From Neodothiora populina (taxonomy: Eukaryota): 64,000 bases of DNA. The stretch lies in contig NW_027191409.1 of NCBI RefSeq assembly GCF_041146345.1, positions 992,001-1,056,000 on the forward strand. The letters are read 5' to 3'. Shown piece after piece: positions 36,001-48,059 of the stretch (position 1 is its first letter; every line of letters begins with the position of its first letter). The notes beneath the pieces were generated by a model. The model was not told where the DNA came from and did not search any database. It saw nothing but the letters and a program-made list of their open reading frames with translations. The position numbers were made by a program, and so were the translations under genes.

Positions 36001-38013
36001 TCATTCGTGTACAAGTCTATAAAATAGTTCAACTCTATCCACACACTGGGGCTGCCACAGAAGTCTCTCGTTACCACGACCAGGGGGTCCGTAATATCCA
36101 GGCCCATGTCGCCGACCACGATGTGGTGGTCCTGACGGCGGTTTGTCGTCCAGCAGCTCTTCGGTATCCTGCAGAAATAATCCACCCTCAGTGATGTGCG
36201 GGGGAGTCGTTGCGAAATCCAATGGCCACATCGGTATCCAGCAGATTTCTCCCGAGCCACATCCTGGGTCGCATTTCGTCCATTGATCGGCCCATCCCAA
36301 CCAAGCCATCAACTCCTCAATCTCATGCTGCCAGACCTGTGCCTTCCTGCCAAGTGGTTGCAAAGCATCCGAGGTCCGGGGTTGACCCTGGTTAAGGCTG
36401 TACCAAGTAACTTCCACAGAGAGAAAGACTGTCAGCACTACGCGACACATCTCCCCGAGGACGTCCAATGTGGCATTGTAGATCATTCTCTCGGACTCAG
36501 CTAGATCGACCGACTCTGGAGGTGAGTGCTGTGACTTGCATCGTTGGTACGCGCTCTGAGACTTGGCGTTCGCCATGTCGAATGCTCGATCAATCGACGA
36601 CTCGACTTCCGACTGGGATGGATACTCGTAGTAAGGCATCAGCATGCCATATCCCATCGAACGCACCACTGCTAGCCATTTGTGCATGTGTTTTTCGTTG
36701 CTTGATGTGATATTGCTTACCGTTTCGAAAAACCTACCAAGTTCTTGTAGGGGGGAGCTATATTCCATCACAATTTCTTCGGTTACGGACTGCCAATCTA
36801 TCCCACTGCAAGAGGTTGGGTCAAGAGAGATCCTCATGCGCGTCTCGATAGCTTCACGCATATAAATGCCGTCTGCCTCGCTGACATTGTTAGCTCGATG
36901 CAGTCTGCGCCGTCGCTCAAGCTGCAGTAATGCTGCCTTCCGCTCTCCTTCCTTCCTTGGTCCAGTCCAGATACCGTCGCCCGAGATGTTGAGCGCTCTG
37001 CGTTCTCTGGATATCCTGGCATGCTCTTGGTCCTTGAGTCCGGAGTCGTAGAAGCTCCACGCTGCACAACTGTCGACCTTGACTCTGACTTCGCCTCTTC
37101 CAGGTCCTCCTGCGAAGCCGTAACGATTTGCAGTCGTCCTCAGCCATTCTGCATAGCCGCTCCCTATGAAGGGTGTTCGTGGTAGCAGCCCATGAGGGTC
37201 ATAATTTCTTGGTCTTGATAGGCTTCCCAAAGACTCCAGGGCCATGAGCGATTGCTCCACAACCTGCGGGCTCCGGTTCTTGCTTTGTTTGTCAAGTACT
37301 GATGGCACGTCACAGCTTGTCTTGGATACAAGAAACACGGACGGGCTATCGAAATCGCACCAGATCATCTCAAACCCAGCATTCATTCTCACGATGCTCT
37401 CATAACCCCAACCCTTGCCACCTAAGCTTTGATCACGAATAAAGTTACACAACCTCCGGGCCCTGTCATACTCAGCACCGAGCACTGGCGCATTTGGATC
37501 TCCAGAAGTATGATTGTTGCGTCCGGGGTCCATTCCGAATCGAGGGTCACGAGGTACATTCGCACTATTATTATTCAGGAAAACCATCTGAGAGTCCAAG
37601 TTTCCCGACCTTTCCAAAGATGCTGATGCTCCATCGAAATAGAGACACTTGACAATCTTCGTCGTCTTATATGTGAACATGTTCGATGAGTTGAAAGTCC
37701 CTGCCAAGGCATACGACATGGCAGCATCGAATGCAAACCATTCGGGACTAGATGGTAGGCGGTTGTCGATTCTTGCATGATAAAGTCTGGTATTGACTGG
37801 TACTTCGCAAGGCACAATCGTGTGGCCAAATGGGAAGAAAGTGTTTGTCCATTGTTGCAGCAGACCAAACGTCGAGGCGAAAATGTGCGGTGAGGCAGAG
37901 GAGAAATCGAGTGAGGCAGCGTTCTGCGATTGAATCTCGATCACTTTACTCTGCGCTGCCGATGGAGCAAGGGCAAACAGGGAAGCGATAATGTGAATCG
38001 AGACTTTCGTCAT
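36001..38013 (-). CDS. Secreted hypothetical protein (670 aa), conserved fungal-type; function unknown
   Basis: Long uninterrupted ORF with an N-terminal signal peptide (MTKVSIHIIASLFALAPSAA) and a Cys/Trp-rich C-terminus (WLGWADQWTKC...CGSGEICWIPMWP). Confidence 0.85.
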   Translation of the reverse strand: MTKVSIHIIASLFALAPSAAQSKVIEIQSQNAASLDFSSASPHIFASTFGLLQQWTNTFFPFGHTIVPCEVPVNTRLYHARIDNRLPSSPEWFAFDAAMSYALAGTFNSSNMFTYKTTKIVKCLYFDGASASLERSGNLDSQMVFLNNNSANVPRDPRFGMDPGRNNHTSGDPNAPVLGAEYDRARRLCNFIRDQSLGGKGWGYESIVRMNAGFEMIWCDFDSPSVFLVSKTSCDVPSVLDKQSKNRSPQVVEQSLMALESLGSLSRPRNYDPHGLLPRTPFIGSGYAEWLRTTANRYGFAGGPGRGEVRVKVDSCAAWSFYDSGLKDQEHARISRERRALNISGDGIWTGPRKEGERKAALLQLERRRRLHRANNVSEADGIYMREAIETRMRISLDPTSCSGIDWQSVTEEIVMEYSSPLQELGRFFETVSNITSSNEKHMHKWLAVVRSMGYGMLMPYYEYPSQSEVESSIDRAFDMANAKSQSAYQRCKSQHSPPESVDLAESERMIYNATLDVLGEMCRVVLTVFLSVEVTWYSLNQGQPRTSDALQPLGRKAQVWQHEIEELMAWLGWADQWTKCDPGCGSGEICWIPMWPLDFATTPPHITEGGLFLQDTEELLDDKPPSGPPHRGRRHGPGYYGPPGRGNERLLWQPQCVDRVELFYRLVHE

Positions 38014-39388
38014 CTCGAGAGCTCACTCGATGCGTTGCATACATTCGGAATAGTTCCACAAGGTATACCAAGCAAATTCGCTTCGATATGAACTTATATC
38101 ACCTATAATGAATGTGAGATTCTAGGCTGCCGCTTAGATGCTGCGTGGCAGCCTACTGTTATCGCTAGATTTCCTTGCTGCACAGAGTGAGGCAGCTTAG
38201 CGAGGTTGGAAGATGCTCCCGGAGTCGCCAAGATTCCAGGACCCTTCGAGGTGCCTCACTCTCATCCACATTCTAGCCACACACTTTGTATTCGAGACTT
38301 TTAGCTGTGGGTGGGGCTTGAGTGAGGTAAGGTCATCCTACCATTGGCGATCTGTGGCGTTGCCGTGTCTCGCTGTTAACGGCTGTCCCAAGCTGACCCA
38401 AGCTGCAAGTACCGTACTTTTGGGTGTTGTTTCCCAAGAGGAGTTGGGCGATCAGCATGATCTAATCACAGGAATTAGCAAAGAAACCAAAAATCAATAT
38501 CGCAGAGAATACGGGAATTAAAACTGCTCGCAATAGGAGTATGAATATTCCTATCCTGCATGCAAAGGGCGTTTGTTTGATCATGAGATATGGACGTCGT
38601 CAGCCACCTGTGGCGAAGAAGACATGCCGGAATGTGGCTAGCGACTCCCACGACCCTTTACCCTTGATGGGAAAAAGCTTCAGAGACTACGTCACAAGAA
38701 ATTTGCACGATTCGCGGGAACGTCAAGTAGAGCCGCGCTAAAAGATTGTCCAAGTGACAGAAAGCGTAGATCATCCAACATCGTATCCGTTTCGTGCCCT
38801 GTTTTGGGCACAACCGCAGTGCAGACCAAATGCACCTCGAAGGTCTTTTGCTTGATTTGATGGGTAAGATTGCATTTTCATCAAATTAGCGCCTTGACTA
38901 GGGTGACTGTAGTGGGCTAAATTGCTTAACACGTACCGAGAATGCTGCGGTGTATGAGGTAAGGGTGCACCGCGTCGGGTGAGGAGTCTGCTCGATGCTC
39001 ACTATAGCAATCCCAAGCAGGCCCAAGGAGCCGCCAATCTCCTACTTTTTCCAAATTAGCTTGCTAATTTAGTATATTCAGAGGGTGAGATTCACGGTGG
39101 TGAAAACGTCACTGGTACATGTACCTCGAGTTGGGTGATGCAAGGCCAATGACCTCACCTCTTGTTTTTCTGCAAGTGGTGTTTGATGAGATGGCTGGTT
39201 TCAGGTGATGTGTGAAAGGAATAAATGCAGGCGCATGGCCGCGCCTTCTTGCTTTGGTCACACAAACAACAAGCATCTCATCTATTTCTACATTCCTCTT
39301 CTTCAAGAGTAAAAAGCTTCTCTCACATCACTCGAACCAATTGCCAAAGCATATACCACATCAAACTCAGCACCAGCAAATCATAAAC

Positions 39389-39638
39389 ATGGGTGCCGTC
39401 GTCTCTTGCGTAAGTCATGAATGATGGTCCTTTGCGAACAAGCAAGTTCTAATAGAACATTCAGATCACATCGGTGTTTCGCGCCATTGGCTCTGTCCTC
39501 ATGGCCATCGTGAACGGAATTGGTGCCATTCTCAAGGCCATCATCAACGGAGTCGTCGCCGTCTTCGACATCATTATCTCTTGCCTCACCTGCGGTCGTG
39601 GCGGTGGCAGAAGTCGAGGCACGCGAAGCGCGGTCTAG
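39389..39638 (+). CDS. Small (64 aa) hydrophobic/amphipathic protein, probably lipidated
   Basis: Exons 39389-39409 and 39465-39638 (GTAAGT...CTAAT...CAG intron). Product MGAVVSCITSVFRAIGSVLMAIVNGIGAILKAIINGVVAVFDIIISCLTCGRGGGRSRGTRSAV. Good start context (AAACATGG) and C-ending codon bias. Confidence 0.8.
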
Positions 39639-40623
39639 TGAACGAAAGGAGCGAGCAAGCCGCATGAGTGTCAAGCGACAACGCGATTGCAGCTGTAGCG
39701 TCGACATATCATAAACTTCGACGACATGTCTTGGATGTCATTGATTGCTTTCGACCCGAACGCTGCTACACCTGAACCATACGCTTGGATATGCAACACA
39801 CGCACTCACCGACCACTGCTCACGACAACACATTCGAAAGCTCGCTCGTTTCGACTTTCTTCTACATGATGAACACAACCAACACGCAACGCACGCATGC
39901 GCATTTCCTTTTGTTTCTATGGAGAGCACTGTACGATGAGAGTTTCAGAAGGACGCGCGGGGGGATTTGATTTTACGACGGACGGTTTATCACGACCATC
40001 AATGCATTGATACCCATTGGGAGTCGCCCATTTTCTTTAGACTGCTTAGCAGAGCGTAATACAGAACCTTGTTATCACCACTTCGGACTGTCTTCTTCTA
40101 CGTGCAAATCTATGACATTGTTATTGAGGAAACAATGGTCAACTCTGTGCCGTACTGGCTCTGCCTACATTGATCGCATCAGTCCAGCTTGATATAGTGT
40201 GGTCTCTTCTCGAAGCACGAGTATGTTACGAGCAGATCATTCACATCTGTCTGTTGGCAATAACAAGGAAATGTGTATTTTTCAGTGATATCTGAGTTAT
40301 GATTCCGCCACCTTCTGAATCTCATATTTACACGGCCACGTGGAAAAAGTGATATACAGCTTCGTGTTCCTTGTGTCAATAATACCAGGAACGCCATGAA
40401 TGCAAAAAGCCGACATCAACAAACCATCTCATCTTCTCCTTCGGCCTCTCCGTTCTTCTTTCTTCGTCCAATCTTTCTTGTTTCTTTCCTGTCGAACGTG
40501 CACAACACACACATACACAGACCATCACTGCACCATATCGCTGTGCGACAGAGGATGTCTAAAGTGAATTGAGCATGTGTAGGATCGCAGTGAAAATTGA
40601 ATATCAATCTCTCGGATCGTTCT

Positions 40624-41507
40624 CTACTTGCGGTACCACATGCGGGTGATCTTGGTATGTCTCATCTTCTTCTGAAGCTGGAAGATACCGAACATGAGGG
40701 CCTCAGCGGTAGGTGGGCATCCAGGGACGTAGATGTCGACGGGGACGATGCGGTCACAGCCTCTGGTGACGGAGTAGCTGTAGTGGTAGTAGCCGCCACC
40801 GTTGGCGCAGGAGCCCATGGAGATGACCCATCTGGGGTCGGGCATCTGGTCGTAGACTTGACGCAGGGCGGGCGCCATCTTGTTGGTCAGAGTGCCGGCG
40901 ACAATCATCACGTCCGACTGGCGGGGCGAGGCGCGGAAAATGATTCCCATTCTGTCTTGGTCGTAACGTGGGGTCGACAGGTGCATCATCTCTACTGCGC
41001 AGCAGGCGAGACCAAAGGTCATGGGCCAGAGAGAGCCTTGACGTGCCCAGTTTGCGATTTGGTCGAGGGTGGTGCTATGTTGGGTGTGGTGTTAGTTTTC
41101 TGTGTTTTCTTGCATGGTCGCTCTGGTGGTCGTCTTCATCTTCTGCTCTTTCTTCTCTCGCTCGACGGAGACGTACAGTGCGTATTGCATGACTCCCTGC
41201 TTGCCCTCCTGGCTGGGCAATGGGACCTCACGGTGGTCCTTGCCGGTGATGGCCTTCATGGGTGGCGGCGTGCCCGGTTGTCCGCTGACGAGACCAGGCT
41301 TTTGCATTGCAGGCGCAGCAGGCTTGCTCGATGTGTTGGAGATGAAAGCAGCCTGGGCGCCGCGGAGGGGAAGGAGAGTAGAGGCAGGGTTGGCTATAAG
41401 CAGTATATCAGCGAATTTGCTCGTCTTGGGGTGAGTCTTTGCTATCCGACGAGGTGGGCCATACCGCGCAGCGCCAGAGCCCTTGCTGTCCGGGTGGTCG
41501 AGAACAT
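40624..41507 (-). CDS. NDUFS7: NADH:ubiquinone oxidoreductase PSST/20 kDa Fe-S subunit (NDUFS7 orthologue)
   Basis: Mitochondrial presequence [14 protein letters not shown] and two introns. Motifs: [38 protein letters not shown] and YVPGCPP. Confidence 0.96.
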
Positions 41508-41953
41508 TGTGAAGCTTGCGATAGTGATCGAGGCAGCCGTGGAAGAAGGTAAAAGCGCAGTTGACGAGGGCGCCGAGGGGTAGAGTGGAGATTGGTAAAT
41601 ACAGGTAGGACTGTATTCCTTATGGGTGGCGGTCCTCCCGTTCGATGATGCTGAGATGGAGGTGCAGGTGCAATTCGACGAGGACGGCGCTTGACCAGAA
41701 ACAGAAATATGGAAGATAATCTGATAAGCGCGCCCGTGATTGGTCGACAGGCTGTATAAGCGTAACTTACTGTACACCACAGTGCTTTATGGAACATCAA
41801 ACACCAGAAGCACCACCCTTTCATGGACCATACTTGAAGATAGAAGTATTATCATAGAACTCGAGTCCAGTTCGCCTGATACTTGAAGCTGTTGCGTTTC
41901 TTTCCTCATTTCCAACGTCCCTCACTCCTACAATAGGTTCTTAGCGGCACAAC

Positions 41954-42625
41954 ATGGCTACCACAAATAGAAGTCCGGCTATTGCTTGTATTGGTGTCAT
42001 AGGAAGACATGTATGTCGTTGATCCGGAGTCTCACCTACAGAAATACATGAGATCTTCTGAATTGTAGAAGAAGCTTGTCTGACCAGCTCAAGAACAACC
42101 CTTTACACATCTCTCTGTTTGCTGCCGAAGGAGATTCAGAGCCCAGGGACAAACTCGAGTTCTCCTTCATGCTGTCCACATGCCTTGACTTGTTCGAGGC
42201 ACGGATGCCTTCCAAGACCGTCGGTCAAGACTTTGGCCTTCTTCAGGCCATCGACGAGAGACTTGCCATGTACGGATGGCTCACGAATACCGGCGTGAAG
42301 TTCGTAATCATCGTGGATATGGAGGGGCGATCCTCTAATCTGCAAGACAACAAGAATCCTGCTGTGCTCGGACTGAAGAACTCGGATCTCACTTCTGTAA
42401 TTATTGACCATATACCACCTCACGCTCACGGCAAGACTAATGTTGTGCCAGACTTTCCAAGCAATACAAATAGCATACATTCGGCTGTTGAGGAATCCAT
42501 TCTACACTCCTGATGATCATGCTCCTGGTAAAAGTAGCGGCTCAACACAGATTACCAGTCGGAGGTTTGTCCAGGAAATTGACCGCATCGGCAATGCTTG
42601 GGCACCCGTCATTGCAACCCGATAG
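41954..42625 (+). CDS. TCA17: TRAPP complex sedlin-like subunit (TRAPPC2L/Tca17)
   Basis: Exons 41954-42010, 42094-42396, 42452-42625. IACIGVIGRH-NNPLHISLF...GLLQAIDERLAMYGWLTNTGVKFVIIV...AYIRLLRNPFY. Confidence 0.85.
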
Positions 42626-43587
42626 TGACAGTCCATCTCGGATTCTTTACTATGAGCACACGACCAGCCTCACAGCGTGCCCAGACTCTGTGGAAAGAGG
42701 CCGCTACTTTCTCGATGTCTTGCAAAGGAGTGGCGAAGGCATCATCAGATGGCCTCAAGCCATGCCATATACATCCAGCCTTGACCTTGAACAACTCGTC
42801 CGGTGGTACACCGCATGCCTTCTGGCAGCATCAGCAGCACGTGCAGCTAAAATTTAGGGCCATTTCCAGCCTCGGAGGATACTTCGAAGGGAGACGGTAG
42901 TGTTGTAACATCAATCAGCAGTCGTACCAGGGGGGTGATCAGTCTCCTCTCTCCTTTGTTATTAGAAATTGTGTAACCCACATCCACCGCGTTAGTCATG
43001 TGCGGACGGAAACTAGCAGTTCACTCTCGAAGACAAGAACGCAAAGACTAGCCATCGATGCACATGTCAGCATTATGCAGTTGGGTTTCAGGAGCATCAT
43101 GGGCAGGAAAGCCATGCTTATATATGGTCAAGGCATAACACACACTCCTATCAATATGATCGCTAGAGGGCAAGCTTGGCTCATTGGACGAATCCTACAT
43201 TGTGGATAGTCATTTTCGTGCAACCCGCCCATCTACAAAAGAACTAGAACGCCCAGAGTGAACCAAAGGTAGCCCAGGTACCTACCTTGTAGTTGTTTGA
43301 ACGTACTTTAATCGTCCTATCGGGCAAGACAGAGTCTTACCATCATCCAAGAGAACATGCATGACATACGGTTTGCAAACAGTCATCAATCGTGCTGCGA
43401 GCTGTATACCTGACCCTTGAGCAACGGACAGGGTCGCCGTTGTTTCCTTGCAGTGGTTGCCCCATACTCGAGTTGACTCCATCTATTGATCGTGACATGA
43501 CGGCTTGGCGTCGATGACAATAGATTGTTTCGCGACCACAGCAGGCAGACATACATTTGTCGCAAGGAGGATGAAGGAAGATTCCAG

Positions 43588-46507
43588 ATGCCTGAACATA
43601 ATGCGGACCCGCCGGTGAAGTTGTCGTTGCCTCTGGTACTGACCCAGTGGAACAAACCTCAAAGAAACTCCACGCTGACTAGTGACGACAGGAGTTCCAG
43701 CAGGACATATTCCGCGAGGTCCGAGAAGAAGATGAACTCGTGATAATAGCCCGGGGACTGGGTCTCCTCCGGATCGTCACCAACCTTCTGCACTCATATG
43801 ATGCTGCTGGAAACAATCTGATCATTGTCGTGGGCGCGGATGAGCGCGAGAATGGCTGGATTGGAGAGGCGTTGGCGGAGCATGCTGCCATCAGTGGCTC
43901 GCCCAAATGTCGAGGTCTCACTCTCATCAACACCGACTTGACAGGTGTGGGGACGCGGGAGAAGATGTACAAACAAGGGGGGATATTCAGCATCACTTCA
44001 CGCATCCTGGTGGTGGATCTGCTGTCCGAAAACCTCGATCCCACCAAGGTCACTGGTCTCATCGTCCTGCATGCGGAAAGAATACCTGCCACTTCGCTGG
44101 AAGCCTTCGTGGTGCGCATCTTCCGACAGAAGAACAAGACTGGCTTCCTCAAGGCTTTCTCCGACACTCCAGAGCCCTTCACAAGTGGATATTCTCCTCT
44201 GGCTACATCGATGCGCAACCTGTTTCTACGGAAGCCGTCGCTGTACCCGCGCTTTCACGTCACCGTTGCCAAATCTCTCGAGGGACGTCGCAAAGCCGAA
44301 GTCATTGAGCTAGAGGTGCCAATGAGTGATGCCATGCGCGACATTCAGAATGCCGTCATGGAGTGCGTCGAAGTCAGCATCGGAGAGTTAAAGAAATCCA
44401 ACAGCGGACTGGAAATGGACGATTGGAATCTTGACAGTGCATTGCACCGGAACTTCGATGCCATTATTCGACGCCAACTGGATCCAGTGTGGCACCGGAC
44501 CAGCTACAAGACCCGACAGATCGTGCGAGATCTCACCCTATTACGGAACATTCTCCATTACCTTCTGACCTTTGACGCGGTCAGCTTTTTGCGATATCTA
44601 GACACTGTCCTTGCTGCTTCGTCACCTCCGCCAGGCTCGAGTCGACAGAACCAGTCACCATGGCTCTTTCTGGATGCTGCATCTACCATCTTCGATCAAG
44701 CCAAGAGGCGAGTCTACACTGGAAAATACACGGATACCTCGACGACACAGGGTATCCCTGATGGCTTGACTCCAATCCTGGAGGAGATGCCCAAGTGGTC
44801 CTTGCTAGGCGAGATCTTGGAGGAAATCGAACGGGACATGCACTTCAACACTTCCTTCCAGGATGAATCCAACGGCAGTGTTCTCATCATGTGTGGAGAT
44901 AACGGTACTTGCCGCCAGATACGTGAGTATCTTCAGACGAGGCACATCAGCTCTAGACGTCAGAGCGCAAGAGCAAAGAACGGTGACGACGACGAAGAAA
45001 TGACCGCTACCGTTATGATGCGTCGCAAACTCCGCCACTACTTCACCTGGAAGCGCGATCTCAATAGGCTGAGTAACTCGCTGTTCCGTGAGAACCAGAA
45101 GCAGATCAATACCTTGAATGACCAGAAAGGTGGACAGAGTGGTCGCGGTGGTCGCGCCCCACCGAACAAGCGCCGGCGCACGAGAGGTGGCTCCAGCATC
45201 GCTGCCGCACCAACGCGTACCGCCAGTGGCAGTATACACGTTGCAGGAGACAAGGACTCACATGTTGCGAGTCTACTAGCTGAGCTTGCACCGACCGAAG
45301 CAGAGGCTATGGAGAAGGGCGAGATTGGCGCCGACTCCCTCGAGAACATGGACGAATATTACGAACTTTACGAAATGAAGGATGTTGTCTTGATCCATCC
45401 CTACGACGGTGACCTCGATGAGCATGTGCTCGAAGAGGTCAGACCGAGATACGTGATTATGTACGAGCCCGACGCTGCCTTTATCAGAAGAGTCGAAGTG
45501 TACAGGAGTAGTCACGTCAACAGGAACGTGAGAGTCTACTTCATGTATTACGGTGGAAGTGTTGAGGAACAGAAGTATCTCAGTGCTGTCAGGAGGGAGA
45601 AAGATGCGTTTACTAAGCTCATCAAGGAGCGAGGTGTAAGTCTCACATGGTCTATATTGCCCAGGAAGTACGACTGACATCGTGACAGAGCATGGCCGTG
45701 ACGTTCACCCACGATACTGCTGGTTTGGACCCACAGGAAGCTTTCCTCCGTACAGTCAATACACGCATCGCCGGTGGTGGCAGACTGGCTGCAACCGCTG
45801 AGCCGCCTCGGGTCGTTGTAGACGTGCGAGAGTTTCGATCGTCTTTGCCGTCGCTGCTTCATGGTCGTAATCTCGTCGTCATACCATGCACCCTGACCGT
45901 CGGTGATTACGTGCTCACCGACGATATCTGTATCGAACGAAAATCGATCAAAGACTTGATATCATCCTTTCAAAACGGCCGCCTGTACCACCAAGCAGAA
46001 GTGATGATGCTACACTACAAGAACCCCATGCTACTCATTGAATTCGACGCGCAAAAGTCTTTCACGCTCGAGCCATTCGCAGATCTATCGACATCCGTCG
46101 GCGCCGCAGCAATGCAAGCATCCGACCTGCAAACCAAACTCGTCATGCTAACCCTAGCATTCCCGCGTCTCCGCATCATCTGGTCCTCATCTCCATACCA
46201 AACCGCCGAGATCTTCGAGGAGCTCAAGAAACAGCAAGAAGAGCCTGACCCGATCCGCGCCGTCAATACCGGACTCGACGAAGGCGAAGACGGCACCACG
46301 GAACGCACGTTCAACCAGCGCGCCAATGACTTGCTGAGTGCGGTGCCTGGCGTCACGCCTAAGAACATCACGAGTCTGGTGCTGAATTATGAGAACGTAG
46401 AGGAGATTGCTAATGCTGAGGAGGAGCAGTTGAGCAAGATGATTGGAAAGGAGGCTGGACGGCAGATTTACAGGTTCTTTGACAAGAGTGTTTTTGACGA
46501 TCTATGA
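43588..46507 (+). CDS. RAD1: DNA repair endonuclease XPF/Rad1 (S. pombe Rad16)
   Basis: Exons 43588-43635, 43692-45635, 45689-46507. Helicase-like N-terminus (ITSRILVVDLL, GFLKAFSD), ERCC4 nuclease (VVVDVREFRS...VGDY...ERKS) and a HhH tail. Confidence 0.95.
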
Positions 46508-46951
46508 TATGCTGTTGTTGTGGTCGTGGGTTGCCCGCAGATGGGTGTAGATGAATATTAGTTCCGCCTTCACTTCTTGTTTGTGGGTATATGTGACATC
46601 AGAGAGGGCCAATGCATCCATCTCTCTACCTTCCTATAGTCACTTGAATATCATACCAAAACAACCTTGAGTGTTTTCCCTCATATGGGCTATTGACCGC
46701 ATACATCGTGCACACCCGTGAGTTAAATCATAAAGCCATCGACTAGCACAATCACGCACTGGATCATACGAAAAGCCGTAGTCTACAGCACCAGAAGACG
46801 ACTGACAGAAAACAAAAGAGTCGCAACGTGCTCAAACCAAAGAGCACAAAACCGAGGCATACACATATAAATACAAAAGCCCACACACTCCCCCTTTCCA
46901 CGCGCCATTCTTGCCCAATTCAATAACGGCAAGTACTACATTCAACCCCTT

Positions 46952-47665
46952 CTACGAAGCCGACCCTCTGATCTCCCGCCTCCTAGCCTCAGCCGCATCG
47001 GCAGCAGCCTTCTGATCCGCGATCGTCTGCGCGATGCCCGCCTGGCGACGCTCCTCTGATTCTCTGTCCCATGCTGTCCAGACTGTGTGCGCACAAGTGT
47101 TAGACGATGACTCCGGAAGGTCTCGAGAAAGACGGCAGCAGCAGCTGACGAGAGAACAGACAGGATTGGCAAGAAATGGGATGGAAAGGGAAAGGGGAAG
47201 AGGAAAGAAACTTACTGGGCACGTCGCTCTTAGAGTGTCTCTTCAGACTCGTGACGAAGTCGTTGAAGTTCTCTTGTTTCTCCTTGCGGTTCTCTAGCGA
47301 GCGGCGCTGGAGGTCTGGGTTATATCTCTGGAGATCCAACAAGCATTAGTAATTAAGTCGTGGGAAAGGAGAACATCGAGGTTTGCTTTCTGGTTTTGCT
47401 CATGTCGATAATCAAAGTCATTGGATACTCGTCTTTCGATATGTCATTTGAACTTCAATATCCGTGTTCAATTGGCTCTTATCCTTTCGCCTCTTTTTCA
47501 CAACACAGCGCAGTGGACCGAAGATGTTACGGAACAGAACATGTCACATACTTGGAACAACTCCTCTTCCGTCGGAGTCACATAATAGACGAGATAAGGA
47601 CCCCCGATGCACAATAAAGCACCACTGCCGAGCATCTTCGCCCAGGTAGCTGCTCCGAGACCCAT
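46952..47665 (-). CDS. CBP4: Cytochrome bc1 complex assembly factor Cbp4
   Basis: Exons 47665-47552, 47327-47216, 47082-46952. [42 protein letters not shown]...[16 protein letters not shown]. Confidence 0.9.
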
Positions 47666-48059
47666 GATTTGATGGTGGCGAAAAGAGGTAGAATCGATAT
47701 CAAGCTGTCGGATGAGTGTCTGATATCTCTGTGCTTTCAGGACTTGATGTATAAACTCCGATGGAACTTTGGCGTGTTTTGTTTCGTCAGAAGAATGCAC
47801 CTATAATCGTGGGTGTAATGGAAATCATACCACAGATGCTTGGCATGATCTAAGACGCAGAGATGGGAAGACATGGTCGCTTGAAATGGTATAGCGCTGC
47901 CAAGACCATGCTTCGTGCACGACTACATGCTGTACTTTACTACGCTGTAATTACTCCTCCAATTTATTGTTTCACGACATTCATGAAGTAACATTCTTTT
48001 TTTTTGGTAGAAACCAGTAGGTTGCCTAGGACTTGTCTAGACTATCAGTGGATGTACGT

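Noticed and set aside
42609..42900. Protein-like minus-strand fragment downstream of TCA17
   Set aside because: It has no ATG or splice structure and no recognisable family, so I cannot support it as a gene or pseudogene.
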